The notes below the pieces were generated by a model. It searched no databases. It saw only the letters and a list, made by a program, of their open reading frames with translations, and was not told the origin of the DNA. Both the position numbers and the translations under genes were made by a program. Below, piece after piece: positions 33,880 through 40,079 of a DNA stretch of 40,079 nucleotides (position 1 is the first letter of the stretch; the number at the start of each line of letters is the position of its first letter). The DNA is from a virus (taxonomy: Duplodnaviria > Caudoviricetes): IMG/VR virus record IMGVR_UViG_3300032290_001007, positions 1-40,079 of that record, one strand, 5' to 3'.

Positions 33880-34047
33880 ATGACCTCCCACCAACTCCAC
33901 GCCCTGGCCGACAAGATCGCCCGCCAAGAACGCATCACCCATTCGCAGGCTTGCGCCAAGTTAGCGCGCCGGCCCCGCCGTTCGCCCTCATCCAAAGTAA
34001 AAGTTAAACCGGCCGCCGTTTACTGGTGGCAGAAAGATAACAGCTAA
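33880..34047 (+). CDS. Early hypothetical protein
   Basis: Start MTSHQ at 33880; ends YWWQKDNS. Confidence 0.5.
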   Translation: MTSHQLHALADKIARQERITHSQACAKLARRPRRSPSSKVKVKPAAVYWWQKDNS

Positions 34048-34072
34048 CGCCCATTCACGGCCAATAAAATTC

Positions 34073-34324
34073 ATGAACCTCACCCTAGCACAGTTAAATT
34101 CCGACCTCTCCCGCATCCACGCCCACGGCCTGGCCGAAACCAACGTGACCGAGATACAGCACACACCCGGAGGCGGCGTCTACTTCACAGTAGAAACGAC
34201 CGAGCTTGAAATACAGCTTGCGCACGCCTCCGCCGAGCTTGCCAAGGCTCAACGCGCACTTCAATCGGCGCTGGATCGCAACGACGCGCTCAAAGATTAC
34301 ATCCACGACTTGGAGAGAAAATGA
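34073..34324 (+). CDS. Early hypothetical coiled-coil protein
   Basis: 83 aa, ATGA overlap with the next gene. Confidence 0.55.
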   Translation: MNLTLAQLNSDLSRIHAHGLAETNVTEIQHTPGGGVYFTVETTELEIQLAHASAELAKAQRALQSALDRNDALKDYIHDLERK

Positions 34325-34656
34325 ACACACCAACTCAAACCTATGCGGCGTTGCCCTACCCACCCACAAACGAGCTGCGCGTGGCCTTGCAGACCGAGAT
34401 CAGCCGCGAAACCCTAGGCCGCGCCTCACGCCTCGCCAAGTCGGTTGGTTGCCGCGAAGGCACCGTGCGCGGCGTCTGGTATTTCACACCCAGCCGGGGT
34501 CGCAAGTGGCGGTGTTTATTTGACGCAGGCTTTGACGGCATCCGGCGGCAGAGCGGCTGGGTCTACAGGCACGCGGCTTTGCGCGCGGCGCTGCTGCTTC
34601 CGATGGCGCTTAAGGTGGCGCCGGCCCTGAGCCCTAAACACGGGGAGGCCGCATGA
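34321..34656 (+). CDS. Early hypothetical protein
   Basis: 111 aa, ATGA overlaps on both sides. Confidence 0.5.
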   Translation: MNTPTQTYAALPYPPTNELRVALQTEISRETLGRASRLAKSVGCREGTVRGVWYFTPSRGRKWRCLFDAGFDGIRRQSGWVYRHAALRAALLLPMALKVAPALSPKHGEAA

Positions 34657-35069
34657 TCATCACAATCATGGCACAGGCCAGCGCCCCGCTCGCATCCTTT
34701 GATAACGCCCGCTTTCTCGACGCCATCACACAGGTCGAAGGCCACCGCTGGCAAGAACCAGGCGGCGCCTACGCCATCCAGCCCGCCACATGGCGCGACT
34801 ACACACACCGCGCTTATGCCTTCGCCAGCCTCCCCGTCTACGCCCGCGACGTGGCCGACCGACACATCGCATGGCTTAGTAGAACGCTCCGCACACACGA
34901 TTATCCCGTGAACGCCTACACGCTGGCCTGCTGCTGGCGCTTCGGCTTCGTTGGCTTCGTGGAGCGCGCCAAGCGTGGTGGAGGGGCCATGGATTACGGG
35001 GAGCGGGTTTGGAATCTTTATCAGGCGGCGGCTCCTACGCCGGCGCCTTTGCAGCCCAGAGCACAGTAA
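34653..35069 (+). CDS. Lysozyme-like/transglycosylase-like protein
   Basis: FLDAITQVEG (catalytic Glu helix), GAYAIQPATWRD (G..Q-type motif), C-terminal DYGERVWNLY. Confidence 0.55.
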   Translation: MIITIMAQASAPLASFDNARFLDAITQVEGHRWQEPGGAYAIQPATWRDYTHRAYAFASLPVYARDVADRHIAWLSRTLRTHDYPVNAYTLACCWRFGFVGFVERAKRGGGAMDYGERVWNLYQAAAPTPAPLQPRAQ

Positions 35070-35186
35070 CCGACACAGTAACCACAAAAACACAATGATC
35101 GCCCTTCTATCCATCGTCATCGCCATCCTTTACCTCGTGATCTCCGCGGCCTGCTCGGGGTGCCGGCCATCCGACCAGTAAAAGCC

Positions 35187-35456
35187 ATGAAAACACTAAC
35201 GCTACCAACGCGGGAACACGCCCTCGCCTACATGGCCGAGTGGGATATTTTCGGCGACGCTTCCGACATTGGAGGTCATGCCGGCTACGTCTCATTCTGG
35301 GTAAACAAGCCGTGCGGCTGGGCGCTCCAGCCCCAGCCGAAAGAATACCGACCTGGCGTGATAATCGTCGATGTTCAGACCGGCGTCCGCTTCGAGGGCG
35401 TCGGCGGAAGCTACGGCGCCGGCTGCGAGCGCTGGGATCAGCTTACGCACAAATAA
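35187..35456 (+). CDS. Hypothetical protein
   Basis: Start MKTLTL at 35187. Confidence 0.55.
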   Translation: MKTLTLPTREHALAYMAEWDIFGDASDIGGHAGYVSFWVNKPCGWALQPQPKEYRPGVIIVDVQTGVRFEGVGGSYGAGCERWDQLTHK

Positions 35457-35534
35457 CACGCCCAACACAAAAATAACCAATTATTGCAGCTTCCCGCTTG
35501 ACGAGACTGTAATATTCCTCCAACTATTCCCTCC

Positions 35535-35747
35535 ATGGCCAACAAGACCAAGCCCGCCAAAGCCAAGCGGCACACCAACCCCAAGGGCCGGGTCGCCCTT
35601 TTCTGTTACGTCACGAAACGCCAGCTCGCCGCTATCAAGCGCAACGTGGACAAGCGCTGTCCGGCGCTCCGCTCACAGGGGCACGTAGTCGGCGCGTGCG
35701 TCATGGCGGTTGAGCAGTTTGGCAGCTACAAACGCCCCATCGCATGA
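35535..35747 (+). CDS. Small basic (RHH-like) protein
   Basis: RVALFCYVTKRQLAAIKR...RSQGHVV; TTGACG 37 nt upstream of the ATG. Confidence 0.55.
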   Translation: MANKTKPAKAKRHTNPKGRVALFCYVTKRQLAAIKRNVDKRCPALRSQGHVVGACVMAVEQFGSYKRPIA

Positions 35748-36382
35748 GCATTTTTAACCAGCAACACACCGGCCCATGGCTTTTCCTCGACACGGAAACC
35801 ACGGGCAAGGCGCTCCACAAGGCACCGCCCGACCATCCTGACCAGCCGCGGATCGTCCAGCTTGCCGCCATCCTCTACGACACGGACCGCTGCGTGGTGG
35901 CCGAGTTCAACACACTCATCAAGCCCGAAGGCTTTACGATTCCCGCCGACGCCGCAGCTATCCACGGCATCAGCACCGAACAAGCCGACGCCTACGGCCT
36001 CAAGATCGGCACGGCACTGGGCGTGCTTTGCCAACTCATCAAGCGTTCGCGGCTCATCGTGGCTCACAACATGGCGTTTGATAGTCTGCTCATTCACAGC
36101 GAACTGTGCCGCCTCAAGAACGCCGACTTCTTGGCCCTGTTCATGGGCTGCGAGCGTCACTGCACGATGGAGGCGTCCACAAACATCCTCAAAATCCCCA
36201 GCCCCTACCGGGCGGGCGAATACAAGTGGCCAAAGCTGATCGAGGCCCACCAGCACTTTCTTGGGCGCGGCTTTGACGGTGCCCACGATGCCAGCGCCGA
36301 CACGAACGCGTGCGCGGCTGTTTACTTTGCGATGAATCCGCTTCCTGCGGAGCCGACCGACACAACCCTTTCGTTTGATTGA
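35744..36382 (+). CDS. DnaQ-like (DEDDh) 3'-5' exonuclease
   Basis: FLDTETTG, IHGIS, VAHNMAFD, AHDASADT. Confidence 0.92.
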   Translation: MSIFNQQHTGPWLFLDTETTGKALHKAPPDHPDQPRIVQLAAILYDTDRCVVAEFNTLIKPEGFTIPADAAAIHGISTEQADAYGLKIGTALGVLCQLIKRSRLIVAHNMAFDSLLIHSELCRLKNADFLALFMGCERHCTMEASTNILKIPSPYRAGEYKWPKLIEAHQHFLGRGFDGAHDASADTNACAAVYFAMNPLPAEPTDTTLSFD

Positions 36383-36406
36383 ATCGTTAGCTTAACCAAA
36401 ACCATC

Positions 36407-37588
36407 ATGTCCGAAAATAACCAACTCGCCATCCATCAGGGCAACGCCACGGCGCCCCTCTTCAACATCGCCACGCTGTCCGAAGCGAACGATTTCTCGC
36501 TCCAGATGAGCAAGGCCAAACTGATCCCGGCCCACCTCCAGCAAAGCCCTTCCGACTGCCTGCGCGTCGTCATGCAAGCGGCCAAGTGGGGCATGGACCC
36601 ATTCGCCGTCGCCGACAAAACCTCAGTTATCAGCGGCAAGCTGATGTATGAGGGCCAGCTCGTCGCCGCAGTCATCAACACCCGCGCCAATCTCAGCAAA
36701 CGCCTGTCCTACACGTTCAGCGGCACCGGAGCGCAACGCCTGCTTGTCGTCGCCGGCACCATCCGTGGTGAGGCCGAGGCGCTGACCATCGACCTGACCT
36801 ACAGCCAAGCGTGCGCCATCAACAAGAACGGCCAAATGCAAAAGAACCCCGATCAGCAAATGTGCTATATCGGCGCCCGCATCTGGGCTCGGCGTCACAT
36901 GCCCGAGTTGATGTTGGGGGTGACGGCAGCGGACGAGATTCCCGATGACGTGACTGTAATGGAGAACGTAACCGGCACCGCCGAGGTTGTGCCCGAGCCC
37001 GTCGCGCAACGCCTGATTCCGCCGCCCCGCGCCAAGAAGGGCGCTGCTGCCGTCGTGGAAAATGCCGACAAGCCCAAGGCCGAGCCGGTCATTGAGGCGG
37101 TCGCTACCGTGGTGGAGCCCACGCCTGCCCCCGTTACCAAGCAGCCCGAGCCCGTCGCCACGCCGATTGCAGCCAAGTATGAGGAAGCCAAGAAAGCGGC
37201 CACGATTGAGGCTGCGACCCCGGTTGCTGCGGCTGCGTCCAAAGCCCCCCGCACCACGCTCGACGACGGCGAAGAAATCACCGCCGTCTGCACCGTGACC
37301 GCCAGCAAGGGCATGGTGCTGATTACGAACAAAATCCCCGCAGCCGGCGCCTGCGTTGAAATTGACGGCGAGTTCAAGGGCACGATCTACCACAACGTCG
37401 GCGGCGTCGCCGACCGCGACATCAACGATAAGGACGTGAACGTGGTGCCGATCAAGGCGTGGACGCCCGGCAACCGCGTTGCGGTCAAACTGCTCGGCAA
37501 GTTCGCCAAGGGTCTCGGCAAGGTGCTGGTTCGCGTCGTGGACGTTTCGGAGGCGCCGGCGGATGAGTCCGCGGTGGATTTGGGATGA
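36407..37588 (+). CDS. RecT/Redbeta-like single-strand annealing protein with long C-terminal extension
   Basis: IPAHLQQSPSDCLRVVMQAAKWGMDPFAVA...GKLMYEGQLVAAV...PDQQMCY.GARIWARRHMPELMLGV..ADE. Confidence 0.75.
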   Translation: MSENNQLAIHQGNATAPLFNIATLSEANDFSLQMSKAKLIPAHLQQSPSDCLRVVMQAAKWGMDPFAVADKTSVISGKLMYEGQLVAAVINTRANLSKRLSYTFSGTGAQRLLVVAGTIRGEAEALTIDLTYSQACAINKNGQMQKNPDQQMCYIGARIWARRHMPELMLGVTAADEIPDDVTVMENVTGTAEVVPEPVAQRLIPPPRAKKGAAAVVENADKPKAEPVIEAVATVVEPTPAPVTKQPEPVATPIAAKYEEAKKAATIEAATPVAAAASKAPRTTLDDGEEITAVCTVTASKGMVLITNKIPAAGACVEIDGEFKGTIYHNVGGVADRDINDKDVNVVPIKAWTPGNRVAVKLLGKFAKGLGKVLVRVVDVSEAPADESAVDLG

Positions 37589-37845
37589 GTGCGCCAATCA
37601 AGGACGGCGGCATCCCGTTTCATTGGATGGACGCTTTTAAGGCAGGCGAATGGCAGGCTGTTGCGCTCCGCGATTACTTCGCTGGGCAAGCACTCACAGG
37701 TTTGATTGCGATGCAGGCCAATCCTGCGGTCGGAACCAAGGTAGATGCCCCTGAGTTCTCAAAGCCACATGCCTGTAAAGAGTTCGCGGAGGCCGCATAC
37801 AACCTTGCCGACGCCATGCTCGCAGCCCGCTCAAAATCGCCATGA
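37585..37845 (+). CDS. Phage hypothetical protein (LRDYFA..AL...AY.LADAML family)
   Basis: Widespread phage motif. Confidence 0.75.
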   Translation: MSAPIKDGGIPFHWMDAFKAGEWQAVALRDYFAGQALTGLIAMQANPAVGTKVDAPEFSKPHACKEFAEAAYNLADAMLAARSKSP

Positions 37846-38147
37846 TCAAATTCACCCAAGACCGCCGCCCGCATTACGGCTTCACAGAAGTTTGGGTAAA
37901 TCCAAGCGATGTCATGTCTATCATGGACATTACCGGCGAAGTAGCCAACGGAAACAAGGCATACATCAAGCTCCGCGACGGCACAGTTTATTACGTCACC
38001 GACCACGCCAGCACCGTAGCCGAAAAGATCAACTCAGCGTTGGAGAAGATTGAGCGGCATCAGGCTGATCAGGTCTACAACGGTAAAACGCTGAATCCAC
38101 GGATCAGTTCAGCGCTGGAGAAGCTGGAAGCAAAGAAGACTAACTAA
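37842..38147 (+). CDS. Hypothetical protein
   Basis: 101 aa, ATGA overlap. Confidence 0.6.
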   Translation: MIKFTQDRRPHYGFTEVWVNPSDVMSIMDITGEVANGNKAYIKLRDGTVYYVTDHASTVAEKINSALEKIERHQADQVYNGKTLNPRISSALEKLEAKKTN

Positions 38148-38148
38148 C

Positions 38149-38787
38149 ATGGGCTGCGACATTCATCTCTACCAAGAGCAAAAAATCGACGGTCAGTGGA
38201 AATCCACTGATGTCTGGTCTGACAAATACAAGGAAGGCCGTCTATCCGTCGCCTACGACGACATGGCCTACCATGACAGAAACTACAACCTGTTTGCGAT
38301 CCTTGCTGACGTGCGCAACGGACGTGGATGCGCTGGCATAAAAACAAGCGCCGGGTTTAACCCCATCGCGCAGCCCAAAGGATTGCCCGGCGACATTTCC
38401 GAGCAAGTCCGCGCCGAGTCCGACATCTGGAATGTGGACGGCCATTCGCATTCATGGCTGACCCTGCGCGAAATTCTGGACTACGATTGGAATCAGAAAA
38501 CGACGCTGAATGGCTGGGTCGATGCCGGCGACTACGAAAACTGGAAGCGTCGCGGTCATCCTGAATCGTGGTGCGGCGCGGTGTTCGGAGGTCAAATTCG
38601 CCACGTCACTGCGGCTGAAATGGACGCTGCGATTGAGGCGAAGTCCGACACGTCCGGTATGCGTTGCGAAGTTGAGTGGGAACGCCGCTACCATCAATGC
38701 GCCGGTTCATTTTGGAAGGCTGTTTGTATGGCGCTGCACAAGGCCGCGCCAGAGGATGTGCGTTTCGTGTTTTGGTTCGACAACTAA
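38149..38787 (+). CDS. Phage hypothetical protein (MGCDIH...RFVFWFDN family)
   Basis: MGCDIH, RNYNLFAILADVRN, HSHSWLTLRE, RFVFWFDN. Confidence 0.75.
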   Translation: MGCDIHLYQEQKIDGQWKSTDVWSDKYKEGRLSVAYDDMAYHDRNYNLFAILADVRNGRGCAGIKTSAGFNPIAQPKGLPGDISEQVRAESDIWNVDGHSHSWLTLREILDYDWNQKTTLNGWVDAGDYENWKRRGHPESWCGAVFGGQIRHVTAAEMDAAIEAKSDTSGMRCEVEWERRYHQCAGSFWKAVCMALHKAAPEDVRFVFWFDN

Positions 38788-38791
38788 TCCA

Positions 38792-39640
38792 ATGACCCCC
38801 GACACCACAGGCACCGAACTGGTGCTAAATGCCATCACGCCCGCACTCCCGCTGGTCTTGGCCGACCGCAAGTTCCTCTCCACGCTGGCAACCGTGGAGG
38901 GGCAAGTTGCAGTCCTCAAGATCACCGACGCAGCGACCCAGCAACTTGCCGCCGATCTGCAAGTGCGGTTGACCGGAGCCGGTGCCGCGCTGGAGAAGGA
39001 GCGGAAGAAGCTCAAACAGCCGTTCATTGACAAAGGCGCAGAGATTGACGCCGCCGCCCGGCCCGTGGCGCTCCGCATCGACACGGCGAAGGCTGTGATC
39101 AAGAAGGCGCTGACCGACTTTGCGATTGAGCAGCAGCGGTTGGCTGCAATCGCAGAGGCTGCGCGGCAGGCCGAATTGCGCCGCTTGGAGGCCGTCAGGG
39201 TTACGGAGGAGGCCGCTGCCGCCGCCAAGGCTGCGGAGCTTGCCAAACAGGCTGCGCGTGTGCTGGCGGAGCGTGAGGCTGCGGCTGCTGCGGCACGCCA
39301 GGCCAATACGCCACCGCCCGCCGAGGCTTTTGATATGGGTGACGATTGCCCGGACGAACCTGCGCCGAAGACGGAGACAGAGAAGGCGATTGAGGCGGTG
39401 CGATATTCGCCGGCTGCGGTCGTTGCCAAGCCTGTCGGGATCACGATGCGGACAAGGCTGGTGCTGCGCGTCGTGGACGTAGCCAAGGTGCCGGACGTGT
39501 TTGTGGTCCGAACCGCGAACGAGAAGGCCATTGCGGCAACTTACTGCACGGGCTGGAAGAAGGGGCAACCGCTGCCTGTGGTGCCAGGGTGCGAGTTCAC
39601 GGTTGAGGAGACGGCAGTGAGCACGGGGAGGACGTTCTGA
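38792..39640 (+). CDS. Coiled-coil recombination-associated phage protein
   Basis: Start MTPDTT at 38792; LEKERKKLKQPF...IDA; C-terminal VVDVAKVPDVF...VPGCEF.VEE. Confidence 0.65.
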   Translation: MTPDTTGTELVLNAITPALPLVLADRKFLSTLATVEGQVAVLKITDAATQQLAADLQVRLTGAGAALEKERKKLKQPFIDKGAEIDAAARPVALRIDTAKAVIKKALTDFAIEQQRLAAIAEAARQAELRRLEAVRVTEEAAAAAKAAELAKQAARVLAEREAAAAAARQANTPPPAEAFDMGDDCPDEPAPKTETEKAIEAVRYSPAAVVAKPVGITMRTRLVLRVVDVAKVPDVFVVRTANEKAIAATYCTGWKKGQPLPVVPGCEFTVEETAVSTGRTF

Positions 39641-40079
39641 TGATCTCTAAACGCCGCCAACCAAAGTTTACGCCCGGCAATGTCATCGGCACCGCCGCCG
39701 AACTTCTGTCGTGCAACGAGCAAGGCCGTTGGGTTTACTTCGGGTCCAGCACACGTAGCGGATACGGTAAGCCTCGCGCCTACCATCCGTCGTGGATTTG
39801 CAACATGCAGTTCGCCCGCGTGTGCGGCTACATCAAGTCCGGTCTGCTGCGCTATGCGGTGCGCAACACGGATTTCGGTTACGTGTTTGATGCCTCGTCC
39901 GAAATAAGCCAAGTGTCCGATAACCGCGTATCATGGTATCTGACATGCTCGGAGCTTCCAGCAGTTACGCCGATCAAGGCGTTTTCCAAAGAGGCCGCGA
40001 TTGAAGCGGTTGAGGATGCTGTGCGCGAACACGTCGGCCCATATCATAAAATCGTCATCAAGTGGGACGCTCCCGAAAC
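39640..40079 (+). CDS. Hypothetical protein, truncated by window end
   Basis: Read by hand: MISKRRQPKF...WYLTCSELPAVTPIKAFSKEAAIEAVEDAVREH..., open to the end of the window. Confidence 0.5.
   Translation, partial: MISKRRQPKFTPGNVIGTAAELLSCNEQGRWVYFGSSTRSGYGKPRAYHPSWICNMQFARVCGYIKSGLLRYAVRNTDFGYVFDASSEISQVSDNRVSWYLTCSELPAVTPIKAFSKEAAIEAVEDAVREHVGPYHKIVIKWDAPE

Overview
This is a ~40 kb fragment of a tailed dsDNA phage or prophage, probably podovirus-like. Minus-strand virion and packaging module (1-16.4 kb): tail/adaptor, decoration protein, major capsid, scaffold, portal, a block of small accessory ORFs, and the large terminase (TerL). Mostly plus-strand middle block (16.5-27.6 kb): RHH regulator, FkbM methyltransferase, two paralogous glycosyltransferases, a Tad1-like anti-Thoeris sponge, a structured intergenic region, a DNA methyltransferase and a DnaB-N/AAA helicase. 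Next come a serine recombinase, a palindrome-rich non-coding region and a TerS-like gene. Plus-strand early region (29.9-40 kb): many small genes, a DnaQ-like exonuclease and a RecT-like protein. The most striking element is a 297-aa intein (14443-15333, minus) inserted in the TerL Walker A loop (GGNQ|SAKT). It has no in-frame endonuclease. Instead a complete HNH endonuclease gene (14541-15170) is encoded on the opposite strand inside it, with its own TTGACA promoter written into the intein's C-terminal splicing block, while the intein frame stays open throughout. All protein family calls come from motif recognition by eye, not database searches.
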